64,000 nucleotides of DNA. It comes from a virus. Taxonomy: Duplodnaviria > Caudoviricetes. How positions within the stretch are numbered: position 1 is the first letter of the stretch; each line of letters opens with the position of its first letter. The stretch spans positions 29,360-93,359 of the IMG/VR virus record IMGVR_UViG_3300021431_000096; one strand, given 5' to 3'. This document shows, one piece after another, positions 8,329-17,314 of this stretch. Made by a program: the position numbers and the translations under genes. The notes under the pieces are model-generated. The model was not told the origin of the DNA. It did not search any database and saw only the letters and a program-made list of their open reading frames with translations.

Positions 8329-9861
8329 ATGAAGACGATAAAACGACTATCGGACGACATAGCGACTGTCAATAATTTCATCGAAGCGCATGAGAACTAC
8401 ACAGAGACAAAGCCTTATAGGACTGATATCCGTGAGTTTGAAAGCAACTTCACTGCAAACATCAGAACACTTCTTAGAGCATATAACCTTGGCAACTGGG
8501 TGCCACCAGAATACGAAGAGCGTACTATCGTAGAACATAACAAGCTACGGAAACTTGGTGTTTATCCTGCGGCAGAGCACAATATAGAATGGGCAGCACT
8601 GAATTATCTGGAGAAACCGTTGACCGATACATACATCCGCAACTCTTGCGCCTGCGTCAGAGGACGAGGACAGAATGACTTTATTGATATCATATCCCGC
8701 GCCATGCGCAACAGTTATGATGACACACGCTACGGCGTGCAACTGGATGCGCACCACTACTTTCAACTGATAGATCACAATATCATAGAGTGTGTGCTTG
8801 AAAGGAAGATCAAGGACGAAAGGTTGATGCGGTTACTGCACAATATCCTGAGTTCTTTCATGAACGGATTGGTGCTCGGTACTAAACTCAGCCAGATAGA
8901 GGCGAACTTCCAACTGTCGCCCTTTGACCACGGAGCACAATCATTATGGGGTGTTCGCAACGATGTGGAGAAGATGTGTTACTGGCGCCGAAGATATGTT
9001 GACTGGTGCATAGCAACCGTGCGAACCAAGGAACAGGCCGAGGAGCTCGCCAAGGGCGTGCAGTACCTGAACGCGAAGTTCGACAGCCTTGTGGACAAGG
9101 GCGTGTTCTATGCCAGGTTTGCCGACAACATCATCATGCTCTCTGGAGACAAGGCATTCTTGCATATCGTCACCGAAATTGCCATTATGGTGCTGGCACG
9201 GGACTATCACTATCAAACTAACAAGTCGTGGAATGTCCGACCTGTTGAACCCGATGGCATAGACATCTGCGGTTATGTATTACATCATTATTATAGAAAA
9301 GTAAGAAAACGCATTAAACAAGATTTATGGAGAGAGGTCATACAGCTTCGCAAAAAAGGGAAATCGCCAGAGGAAATACGCCTGGCATGTGCCTCGCGTA
9401 TTGGGTGGCTAACGCATGGCGACTGTAGGAACCTTCTCAGGAAAATGAATGTCAATATGGAAGAACGGCTTGGCGATAAGATTAAGAAAAAGAGAATAAT
9501 GATTCCTTTTGAAGGTATGACGAAAGAACAGCGACGTTCTATCGAGGACTTTCTTTGTTATACTGACGAAGACGAAAATGATAAGATGATTCTCCTTTTG
9601 GAATATACTGTCGGCAAGTCGATATTTCCAGGAAAAGAAAACCGTGCTGCGTTAAGGTTCAAAACTTCAAACGGAATCATTCGTCATCCCGATGGTACCA
9701 CAGAGCATCAGTGGAGTGAAGAGGAACTTTACGCATGGACTGGTTCACAAATACTGATAGAACAGATGTTGCAGGAGTTCTCACCAGAAGATTTGCCTGC
9801 GCCGACGGCCATTCACGAAAACACGAACAAATACGGAAAGAAATATTATAAGTTCACTTAA
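8329..9861 (+). CDS. DGR reverse transcriptase with C-terminal extension
   Basis: SCACVRGRG, QLDAHHYF, LVLGTKLSQ, YARFADN, GIDICGY motifs. Confidence 0.92.
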   Translation: MKTIKRLSDDIATVNNFIEAHENYTETKPYRTDIREFESNFTANIRTLLRAYNLGNWVPPEYEERTIVEHNKLRKLGVYPAAEHNIEWAALNYLEKPLTDTYIRNSCACVRGRGQNDFIDIISRAMRNSYDDTRYGVQLDAHHYFQLIDHNIIECVLERKIKDERLMRLLHNILSSFMNGLVLGTKLSQIEANFQLSPFDHGAQSLWGVRNDVEKMCYWRRRYVDWCIATVRTKEQAEELAKGVQYLNAKFDSLVDKGVFYARFADNIIMLSGDKAFLHIVTEIAIMVLARDYHYQTNKSWNVRPVEPDGIDICGYVLHHYYRKVRKRIKQDLWREVIQLRKKGKSPEEIRLACASRIGWLTHGDCRNLLRKMNVNMEERLGDKIKKKRIMIPFEGMTKEQRRSIEDFLCYTDEDENDKMILLLEYTVGKSIFPGKENRAALRFKTSNGIIRHPDGTTEHQWSEEELYAWTGSQILIEQMLQEFSPEDLPAPTAIHENTNKYGKKYYKFT

Positions 9862-9888
9862 TATTCATCATTTTAAAATGTTTTGATT

Positions 9889-10542
9889 ATGAAAACAAGA
9901 AGTTATCAGTCAGGTTTGACTTACGAAAAGTATGATCGCGACCACATTGCAATCTACTTCAACGAGACAACAAAGGAAGTGCCTTCGGGTAATGATAGGG
10001 AATCGACACAGGTAGAGTATGAATACGATACTGTGCTTGTGGCTGCTGAGACTCCTTCAGTAGAGGCATTTGCAGCAGCCCTTGTGGCTAATGGCATAGC
10101 CTTGCTTGATGCACAGGCTATTGCTACGGGTATTATCTTTGCTTCAATCCAAAAGGGGCAGTTGGAGGGTGATGAGCTTGCTGCAGCCAAGGAGATGGTA
10201 CGAGCCAAGATTACTGCCTACGACTCGTCATCGGCAGTTAATGAGTTTACCTATCAGGGAACGCCGATGTGGCTTGACAAAGACACACGTGCAGGTTTGA
10301 TGCTGCGACTGAATGCCGAACAGGCTGGTGGTCACGAAAACACAACGTTATGGTATGGCACACAATCCTTCTCGTTGCCTGTAAGCAGTGCTATACAGAT
10401 GCTTACCGCATTGGAACTTTACGCATCGGCTTGCTTCGACATGACGGAAGAGCACAAAGCCGCTGTTGATGCCAAACACACGGTTAACACCGTATTGGCA
10501 TACGATTATACGCAAGGCTATCCCGAAAAGCTGGCTTTCTAA
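9889..10542 (+). CDS. Tail fibre assembly-like protein (DUF4376-like)
   Basis: KITAYDSSxAVNxF...MWLDKDTR...LELYA...YDYTQGYPEKL pattern typical of Bacteroidales phage genes after fibre/DGR loci. Confidence 0.6.
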   Translation: MKTRSYQSGLTYEKYDRDHIAIYFNETTKEVPSGNDRESTQVEYEYDTVLVAAETPSVEAFAAALVANGIALLDAQAIATGIIFASIQKGQLEGDELAAAKEMVRAKITAYDSSSAVNEFTYQGTPMWLDKDTRAGLMLRLNAEQAGGHENTTLWYGTQSFSLPVSSAIQMLTALELYASACFDMTEEHKAAVDAKHTVNTVLAYDYTQGYPEKLAF

Positions 10543-10577
10543 TCGTTTGTCCTGATTTTCAATAACGCAGAGTAACT

Positions 10578-11081
10578 ATGAGCGTTTCGATAATGCTTTC
10601 TATCCTCCTGGTGGTGTCCTTTGTGGGCACCACCATTTGGAAAGAGAAAGAACTGCCAGATAGCATCAGCGCAATGGTGTGGGTGCTTCCCGAAGGCGGC
10701 TTGCGGTGGCTGTGGTCAATATGGCTCGTTGCCGTGTCCATCCTTACCTTTGCTCCTGCCATCGGCATCCTCGACGCAAGGGGTCTTGGTGTGTTCGGAT
10801 TTCTGCCTATGGTATGCCTCGGCTTTGTTGCAGTGTGGCCTCTCTTCGACCAGGAACACGTCAAATGGCACTACGTGATGGCAGTGGTCGGCGGCATCCT
10901 CTCGCAGGTCACGGTGGCTTTTATCAATCCGTGGTGGCTATCCGTCTGGCTCTTGATGGCTGTAGCGCTATGGAAGCCCATCAGAAGCAAGGCTGTGATG
11001 ATATCGGAGTGTCTATGCTATGTGGCGATGGTTGGCGCACAAACAAGCACAGCTCTTTTCGTCCACACGCAAAATCCATAG
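10578..11081 (+). CDS. Multi-pass membrane protein
   Basis: Five or six hydrophobic segments. Confidence 0.65.
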   Translation: MSVSIMLSILLVVSFVGTTIWKEKELPDSISAMVWVLPEGGLRWLWSIWLVAVSILTFAPAIGILDARGLGVFGFLPMVCLGFVAVWPLFDQEHVKWHYVMAVVGGILSQVTVAFINPWWLSVWLLMAVALWKPIRSKAVMISECLCYVAMVGAQTSTALFVHTQNP

Positions 11082-11297
11082 CAATAAATCTTTTTTTCAT
11101 TATGACTAACGGCGAAGAACAGAAATCACGGAGTTACTTTTACCGCTTCGAGGCCAACACGCGGATATCAAGCCCGACAAGTTCGGTGGCGCACAGGTGG
11201 CCACGCCCGACATGCTGACCGCCGATATGTTGACGTGGGGCATCAAGGCCGAGATAGACCGCAAGTTCTCCAAGGTTTTCGCTATGAACAAGCAGAC

Positions 11298-11434
11298 CGC
11301 GCGTCCAGGACGGCACCTCATCCGAAGGCGGTGATAATGGCGACAACGGCGGCTTCGCTAAATTCAGCGGCACGCCCTCTCCGGCAAAGCGCCACCGTCT
11401 GGATGAATGTTTACAATGGTCCCAGACGCGTTGG
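11298..11434 (-). ncRNA. Candidate rod-like small RNA
   Basis: Begins just after the minus-strand promoter 11440-11470; 11300-11309 pairs with 11421-11430 through two G-U pairs only on the minus strand; inner CATCC/GGATG and CGGTG/CACCG stems. Confidence 0.4.
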
Positions 11435-11439
11435 AACGG

Positions 11440-11470
11440 CAAAGGTAGGGAATGTTTTCGGAACGGCAAG
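11440..11470 (-). promoter_or_regulatory. Host-type promoter CTTG-N19-TACCTTTG
   Basis: Plus strand CAAAGGTA 11440-11447 and CAAG 11467-11470. Confidence 0.6.
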
Positions 11471-11641
11471 CGTTCGTTAGCATTATTTAAGGAAAAGCAC
11501 AAGGGGAGTCCCCGCCGTCCGAGATGGATGGCAGGGATGACTTTGTGGTGTTCTGGCAGCTACCTGACGACGACCGTCAGCTCCGATCCGTCCGTGAAGA
11601 TGATGTCCTGATTGTGATACAGAGGTGGTTGCCGTTATTTA

Positions 11642-11675
11642 GTCCCAAACGAAAAAAGCACATATTGTAAATTTG
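11642..11675 (+). promoter_or_regulatory. Phage-type promoter GTCCCA-N20-TAAATTTG
   Basis: Exact motif and spacing. Confidence 0.7.
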
Positions 11676-11744
11676 CTGATAGAACGCCGCCCAGATGCGG
11701 TTAACAGCGCCAGCCGCAGACAGCGGCTTACTCTCGCGAAGGGA

Positions 11745-11884
11745 AAAGAAAAAAGTTCAGGACTTGCGGGCGAACCTGCTACAATTCTAACGGACATGAA
11801 CCGTCTGTACCCGCAAGGAACCTGAACTAAAAGGTCTCCTTTCTGATACGACGGTTCAATATTTTATTCCGTAAGAATTGTAGC
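11745..11884 (-). ncRNA. Candidate structured RNA with interleaved A-B-A'-B' pairing
   Basis: 11754-11770 complementary to 11810-11828; 11778-11805 complementary to 11850-11884; minus-strand TAATTTTG box at 11889-11896 and U-tract at the 3' end. Confidence 0.5.
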
Positions 11885-11885
11885 G

Positions 11886-12200
11886 ATGCAAAATTATAAC
11901 AAAAATTACAATCGAGAGAATATCCATCACATCAGTGGGTACAATTTAGTGAAACTTAACGCTTATAAACTGAAATTAATGCAGGCTCTCGGCATCAGGG
12001 TGGAGGACGTTAAAAACCTTGCTCCTTACGAGGCTTATCACAACATGATGGGCATGAATATCGACCGAAAGCGCATGTATGCTTTCATCCGGCAGGAGTA
12101 CGGCATCAGCAGGACGAATATGCAGAATATAGCGAAGCGTTTTGAGCAGACGGTTGACAATGATGCCGGTGATTTCGGGGAGGAAATCGGAGACGGATAG
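11886..12200 (+). CDS. Small HTH (Mor-like) DNA-binding protein; true start may be GTG 11949 or ATG 11979
   Basis: C-terminal AFIRQEYGISRTNMQNIAKRF helix-turn-helix pattern. Confidence 0.5.
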   Translation: MQNYNKNYNRENIHHISGYNLVKLNAYKLKLMQALGIRVEDVKNLAPYEAYHNMMGMNIDRKRMYAFIRQEYGISRTNMQNIAKRFEQTVDNDAGDFGEEIGDG

Positions 12201-12455
12201 TTAAGGTTTGTCAATAGAGTGACGCGGGTTTTGGCTGACGGTAGCCAAAACAGCGGTTTTCGGGCGGTATGGCTGTGGCTGTATCGCTCGAAAGCCTTTT
12301 ATACAGGCGGTTTCTGCGTAGCCAAGAACGGTGGCTGCGCATTAACGCTTTTCTTTGGCAGGTGTGGCTTCTTTTTCCGAAATTTGCTGTCGGAAACGAG
12401 GAAACTCAAATCCACTACAATTCACTTTATTTATTAACACAAAAACTTTAAGACT

Positions 12456-13025
12456 ATGGCATTAGAGATGAATGATTTGATGATGCTCCGTGGGATGGAC
12501 TCCAAGGAAGGTCTGTCGCCCTATGAGCAGGTGAAGCTCGACCACATGACTGCAAAGAATCACACTGGCGGTGTGGCAGTAGCAGGACTGGTGACTGGCG
12601 TGGCTGGTGTTACCATCGCCGCAACGGCATGGCTGTTCGGTGGTATGTACTCCAATGCGAAAGCGAAGGAGGCCAAGGAGACGGCTATTGCCGCCAAGGA
12701 GATTGCAACCCTGCAGAACGGCGCTACACAGCGTCAGCTCGATCAGTTGACCAACCTGTTTGCTGCTGAGCGTCAGGAGCGCATCGCTGGCGACGTGACG
12801 CTGAACCAGACCATCACGGACACCGTGAGCGGTCAGCAGGCCAGCACCCTTACTGCCCAGCAGCAGGCAGAACTCATGGCCTCGCAAGCTACGCAGCAGG
12901 TGATGACGAAGACCTATGAGGACTTCGTGACTGGTCGCGCTTCGCTGAACCCGACTCCCGTCAGCCTGTACTCGGCTCCACAGCCTTGTGCTTGTCCTGC
13001 CAGCGGTTGCGGTTGCGGCGCGTAA
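12456..13025 (+). CDS. Hypothetical: Gly/Ala hydrophobic segment, coiled coil, Cys-rich tail (PCACPASGCGCGA)
   Basis: ORF with A-rich leader and strong codon bias. Confidence 0.7.
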   Translation: MALEMNDLMMLRGMDSKEGLSPYEQVKLDHMTAKNHTGGVAVAGLVTGVAGVTIAATAWLFGGMYSNAKAKEAKETAIAAKEIATLQNGATQRQLDQLTNLFAAERQERIAGDVTLNQTITDTVSGQQASTLTAQQQAELMASQATQQVMTKTYEDFVTGRASLNPTPVSLYSAPQPCACPASGCGCGA

Positions 13026-13109
13026 GCGATTTGAGGGGCTGTGACTGTCCCGTATGCTGCGGCACTGCCGCAGCCTCTCATTTCCAAATTCAATTCACGG
13101 CAATATGAT

Positions 13110-13475
13110 ATGTTTGGATATGGTAAACGAAAACGACGTATGCAGATGGTACAACAGGGATTAAGGGCGACGAGCAAGAGCAGTCTGAAGCTGCAATGCC
13201 TCTTTTGTGCAAAGGGCGACCTGAAGGAGGCAAAGGAACTCTACGACTTCTTTGCGAGCGACATGCCCGACCTTCCGGACTACGACCCTGTGCCGCCGAC
13301 TTGGCAGCAGAACACGGCACAGACCATCAACGGCATCATGGACTGGGTGAAAGAGAACCAGGGGGCGTTGGCACAGGCTTACGACTTCATAGCAGGCATC
13401 GTCAGAAAGCGGGGCATACCGCCAACGGCTGCGCCCGAGCCGCCAGCCGCACCGCTGCCACCCATCAATCAGTAA
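13110..13475 (+). CDS. Hypothetical protein of the Cys-rich cassette
   Basis: ATG 13110 follows AATTCACGGCA leader shared with the next gene. Confidence 0.6.
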   Translation: MFGYGKRKRRMQMVQQGLRATSKSSLKLQCLFCAKGDLKEAKELYDFFASDMPDLPDYDPVPPTWQQNTAQTINGIMDWVKENQGALAQAYDFIAGIVRKRGIPPTAAPEPPAAPLPPINQ

Positions 13476-13493
13476 CAACTAATTCACGGCATT

Positions 13494-13715
13494 ATGAATG
13501 AGAAGAAAGAAATCAAGGTGTTCCCCATCACGTTCGAGGTGTATGCCTACGATGCGCAGGAGGTGGAGGAACTGCGCAGTGCGATAGTGGACTTTATCGC
13601 CACCAACGCCCAGCGGAAAGTGCCTATACTGGCTGGCAAGGCCGCACAGGGCATCAGGGCATGGGATAAGAACCCGTTCGTCAGGAACAGGATTATCCAA
13701 CACTTCCAAGTTTAG
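13494..13715 (+). CDS. Hypothetical protein of the Cys-rich cassette
   Basis: ORF in operon context. Confidence 0.6.
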   Translation: MNEKKEIKVFPITFEVYAYDAQEVEELRSAIVDFIATNAQRKVPILAGKAAQGIRAWDKNPFVRNRIIQHFQV

Positions 13716-13762
13716 AAAGAATCAGAAAGTTTTGCAAGAATTATCAAAAAATAGCAAGGATT

Positions 13763-14098
13763 ATGGATCAGACAAATCAGAATCAGAATCAGCAGAGCGG
13801 GCAGTTCAAGTGTCCAGGCAACTGTCTGCAGTGCCTGCCCGCACAGCGTCAGTATTGTGCCTCGCAGCACGCCTACTCGAACATGAAGGTGCTCGACAAA
13901 ATCATGGAGACGCTACTCGGTATGAAGAACCAGATGGACGCGATGCAAGGCACGGTCGCGGAGCTCTCGGCGAAGATCGAGGCCATCCAGAACGGCGAGG
14001 CTGCCGTGTTCGACCCCAATGGCGAGGGCGAGCTCTTCCCGAAGGAGTTTGCCGTCGCGGAGCCCGCAACCGACGCACCTGCAGAGGCGGCGAAATAA
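13763..14098 (+). CDS. Hypothetical: CPGNCLQC...C motif plus coiled coil
   Basis: Four Cys followed by a heptad pattern. Confidence 0.65.
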   Translation: MDQTNQNQNQQSGQFKCPGNCLQCLPAQRQYCASQHAYSNMKVLDKIMETLLGMKNQMDAMQGTVAELSAKIEAIQNGEAAVFDPNGEGELFPKEFAVAEPATDAPAEAAK

Positions 14099-14115
14099 GC
14101 CCCTGAAAATGCCGA

Positions 14116-14190
14116 TGGACTTTTACTACCAACAAAAGTCCACTTTTACTACCAATAAAAGTCCACTTACGCTCCAACAAAAGTCCACCT
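14116..14190 (+). repeat. 3 x 22-23-bp tandem repeat (AAAAGTCCAC core)
   Basis: Cores at 14134, 14157, 14179. Confidence 0.85.
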
Positions 14191-14268
14191 GCACAAAAAT
14201 ACAGCGCAAGACGGGTAGCGGCGCACCAAAAGGCTCCCAAGATAATCAACACAAAAAACTAAAGTATT

Positions 14269-14748
14269 ATGGCAAACTGTAATTGTAATTGTCGTAACGG
14301 ACAGGATGCACTCGACTTCCTGACTTCCGTACCAGGCGGCACCGCTGCCAACGCAACGTATCAACTGGGACTGACCCACTACACTTGTGGAAACCGCAAG
14401 ATGCTCGTGGCTGACCCGACGCATCCCGTCATCGCACAGCTGACGGCTACGCCCGTCGGTACGCCCATCGACCTCGGCAACGACACCTTCTGTCAGGAGT
14501 GCCAGATTGCGGGCACCGTCACCTACAAGCCCTGTAACTCCTGCTCGCCGCAGACCGAGTATGTCAGCCAGCGCGTCTGCCTGCCGTGCTCGTCGGCTGT
14601 GTCGCCCACGCTCACCATCGGCACCGTGGCTGCTTCGCCGAAGCCTATCACGTACTACGCAAACAATGGCTGCGGATGCTGCCAGGGCACTTACCCATGC
14701 ACCAACCGCATCGCCATCACCACGTCGATTAACGTGACAACGGCATGA
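14269..14748 (+). CDS. Cys-rich beta-strand protein (14 Cys in 159 aa)
   Basis: CNCNC, three CxxC, CGCC. Confidence 0.7.
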   Translation: MANCNCNCRNGQDALDFLTSVPGGTAANATYQLGLTHYTCGNRKMLVADPTHPVIAQLTATPVGTPIDLGNDTFCQECQIAGTVTYKPCNSCSPQTEYVSQRVCLPCSSAVSPTLTIGTVAASPKPITYYANNGCGCCQGTYPCTNRIAITTSINVTTA

Positions 14749-15125
14749 ACTGGCCCGATGTACTGATGATTGTCTTCTCCGCGACAGCCGCCAACCACCT
14801 CGGTCTGGCGGCTGCCGCAGAGAGCGTCGTCCGTCACCGCCTGCCAGTCCTGAACTGTCCCAAGTGTGCGGCATTCTGGAGTGTGATAGTGTACGGTGTG
14901 GCGGTAGCAAATTCTTCACTCTTCACTCTTCACTCTTCACTCCAAATCCTCGCCGCCGCCTTCCTCTCCGCATGGTCAGCCGTCTGGCTCGACCTCTTAA
15001 TGGGAATCATTGACCAATTATATATAAAGGTATATGACACGTTTTATCCAACAACAGATACCACCGACACCGACGCGCTCGATACCGCAGACCCCGTGTC
15101 CGATGTGTCCGACGGCCAAGGTTGA
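14745..15125 (+). CDS. Membrane protein with CxxC
   Basis: ATGA overlap with the previous gene; LNCPKCAAFW; three hydrophobic segments. Confidence 0.6.
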   Translation: MNWPDVLMIVFSATAANHLGLAAAAESVVRHRLPVLNCPKCAAFWSVIVYGVAVANSSLFTLHSSLQILAAAFLSAWSAVWLDLLMGIIDQLYIKVYDTFYPTTDTTDTDALDTADPVSDVSDGQG

Positions 15126-15307
15126 GTCTGTCGCTGTGCCACAGCGACCGCAGCCCAAATCCGAAACAATATCGGAAAAGGCACCGAAACCGATGCCTAA
15201 ACGACAAAATAAGAAATAAAAATCGCCGATTTCCGCTTGTTTCCGCAGAAATCCTGCAAATAAGCAGGTTTAAGTCGGCTTAAAGTCTAATTTAAACAGA
15301 AAATAAG

Positions 15308-15808
15308 ATGAACTCAACAGAATTGAAAGACCGCTACATGGGTCTTTATGACTACATGGCGCAGAGCCGCGACCCGAAGAATATGAAAGCCTTCGGTTGC
15401 GTGATGACAGAGATGATGGACTACCTCGTGGCCAACAAGCCCGACGTAGCCGAAGAGATGATAGACAAACTGGAGGCTATCAAATGGCGTCAGTACCTCA
15501 CGCCAAAAGAGGCCGAGAAGATTGTCGCCGGTATGGAACCGAAAGCACCGTGGAGTCGCGAGGTGTGGAAGAACGCTATGGAGTCGTTCGGACTGCCACT
15601 GGAGGAGATGCCAGCCTACAACCGCTGTGCGCTCTGGGTGGAGATGAACAAGATTTACTCCGACTTCGGCGAAGAGATAGCCGCCTTGCTCGGCAAACCG
15701 CTGTCAGCATCCGACAAGGATATCATCTCAGCCTGCTACAAGATGGCGCTGAAGAACCTGAAGGATAAGGACGGCGTGTACGACATCCGCAAGTATTTCC
15801 TCTGGTAG
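15308..15808 (+). CDS. All-helical hypothetical protein
   Basis: YLTPKEAEKIV...PWS...LWVEMNKIYSD...KMA..LKDKD pattern that I recognise from gut-phage cassettes. Confidence 0.65.
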   Translation: MNSTELKDRYMGLYDYMAQSRDPKNMKAFGCVMTEMMDYLVANKPDVAEEMIDKLEAIKWRQYLTPKEAEKIVAGMEPKAPWSREVWKNAMESFGLPLEEMPAYNRCALWVEMNKIYSDFGEEIAALLGKPLSASDKDIISACYKMALKNLKDKDGVYDIRKYFLW

Positions 15809-15850
15809 GTCAAAGTAGGTCAGAGAAGGTCAAAGTAGGTCAAGTTTTGT

Positions 15851-16138
15851 ATGGACTATGCCGCCGCTGCTGATGCACTCATGCGCCGCAAACTCTTAGA
15901 GCAGATGTACGACCGCATGACCGACGAAGAGAAGCGACTCTTCGCCATGATGACAATGCAGAACAAGAGCAGCGACGAGATCCTGCAGGCTATTCAGAAG
16001 AACCAGCAACACTTGCAGCACCTCGTGGAGCACGCCGACCGCGACCAGTGGTACAAAGCCTTCGGCTCCGACGTAGCCGCCAACGTGCTCACCACCTCTG
16101 CCTTCTGGCTCCTCGGCAAGCTCTTCGCCAAGCGATAA
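15851..16138 (+). CDS. Hypothetical protein with amphipathic C-terminus
   Basis: ORF in operon context. Confidence 0.6.
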   Translation: MDYAAAADALMRRKLLEQMYDRMTDEEKRLFAMMTMQNKSSDEILQAIQKNQQHLQHLVEHADRDQWYKAFGSDVAANVLTTSAFWLLGKLFAKR

Positions 16139-16241
16139 AACTATCCATTCGATATCGCCGTGAATGGTCGCGGGCGCATCGGTTTCACAGCCCTTGCGCC
16201 CGCCTTTTTTGCCTGCAAATGCGCCCTTTCCGCAGCCTTAT

Positions 16242-16275
16242 ATCCCAAAAAGTTCACCGCCCGTCTATATCTTTG
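16242..16275 (+). promoter_or_regulatory. Phage-type promoter ATCCCA-N20-TATCTTTG
   Basis: One mismatch to GTCCCA; 23 nt before ATG 16298. Confidence 0.6.
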
Positions 16276-16297
16276 CAGAAAAGAAATCAGACAAGAC

Positions 16298-16663
16298 ATG
16301 ACAACATTTATTAATGACATCCAACCCATCCTGTTGACCGCCCTCGTTGGCGTACTCATCGCCTATGCTCGCTACGTGAACACCCTGAAAACCCGCGTGG
16401 CAGTGTTAGAGCGAACCATCGAAGATTTGCTGAAGACCATCGACAGCATGCAGAAGCGGCTCGACTCGCACTCGAAGAAACAGGACGAGATTCACGACAC
16501 GCTCAACGACGTGAAGAGCGACATGAAGGACATGAAGGTGGAAATCGTGAAGGAGATGGGACAGATGGCCTCGAACCTGAGCGGACTGGCCTCCGACCTG
16601 AAAGGACTCAACAACCTGCTCGCAATCTCTGACTACGGCATCCGTGCCAACAAACCGCAATAA
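16298..16663 (+). CDS. Single-TM coiled-coil protein (holin/hemolysin-like lysis accessory)
   Basis: N-terminal TM (ILLTALVGVLIAYA) followed by heptads. Confidence 0.5.
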   Translation: MTTFINDIQPILLTALVGVLIAYARYVNTLKTRVAVLERTIEDLLKTIDSMQKRLDSHSKKQDEIHDTLNDVKSDMKDMKVEIVKEMGQMASNLSGLASDLKGLNNLLAISDYGIRANKPQ

Positions 16664-16666
16664 AAT

Positions 16667-17107
16667 ATGATTCATCACGACCGATATCCCAATCACTCCG
16701 TGCCTCCGGCTCGCCACAAAGTCGGAAATCGCCGCACTTGGGCTGACCGCTTCGGGCTAAACGTCTTGCGCCAGCGGTGGTCAAACGCCATGCCAAAGTT
16801 CTTCAAGCGTGTATGCTGGCTGTCGGCTCTCGTCGGCGGAACCGCCCTCGCCGTCAATACCGCAATAACATCTGGCGGCGGAACGACGCACGAATGGTGG
16901 AACGACATCTATCCATATTTATTGGGTGTTCCTGCTGGAGCCGCTTTCGTGGCCAAGTTCACTCAGAACTATGATCGAGACGGCAAGCCCATCAAAAAGG
17001 AACTTCCAGAGGGCGACAATCCGTCAGCCGTAAACTACTCCGATATTGAGACCGTTTCGCCTGCTGAGCATGAGAAAATCGACATCGACCCGTACAATGG
17101 CGATTGA
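16667..17107 (+). CDS. Putative holin
   Basis: Basic N-terminus, RW...PKFFK motif, two hydrophobic segments, acidic tail. Confidence 0.5.
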   Translation: MIHHDRYPNHSVPPARHKVGNRRTWADRFGLNVLRQRWSNAMPKFFKRVCWLSALVGGTALAVNTAITSGGGTTHEWWNDIYPYLLGVPAGAAFVAKFTQNYDRDGKPIKKELPEGDNPSAVNYSDIETVSPAEHEKIDIDPYNGD

Positions 17108-17314
17108 CATATATCATTGCTAAAAGATGCGCTTCTCGATATACCCAACAAACAAACGTTAAACAGAAGCTTAAAATATCTTAAACTATTGTCTAAGAAC
17201 ACCCCAAAAACGGACATCAAAGAAAGAGTATCAAATTTTGGTTGATTTCTGAACAAAAAGCGGAAGAAAAGACAGAGACATTCTATAATATATAAGGTAT
17301 AAAAGGACAACGAT

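Larger units (their letters stand above)
6517..9861 (+). mobile_element. Diversity-generating retroelement (target gene/VR, hairpin, TR, RT); no avd gene
   Basis: 121-bp VR/TR pair differing only at TR adenines, next to an RT with the GxxxSQ signature. Confidence 0.95.

Noticed and set aside
8329-9861. Group II intron or retron RT
   Set aside because: The GxxxSQ signature and adjacent A-specific TR/VR pair identify a DGR; I see no domain V or msr-msd structure
11563-11605. Hammerhead ribozyme (CTGACGA core)
   Set aside because: No correctly placed GAAA or stem II/III
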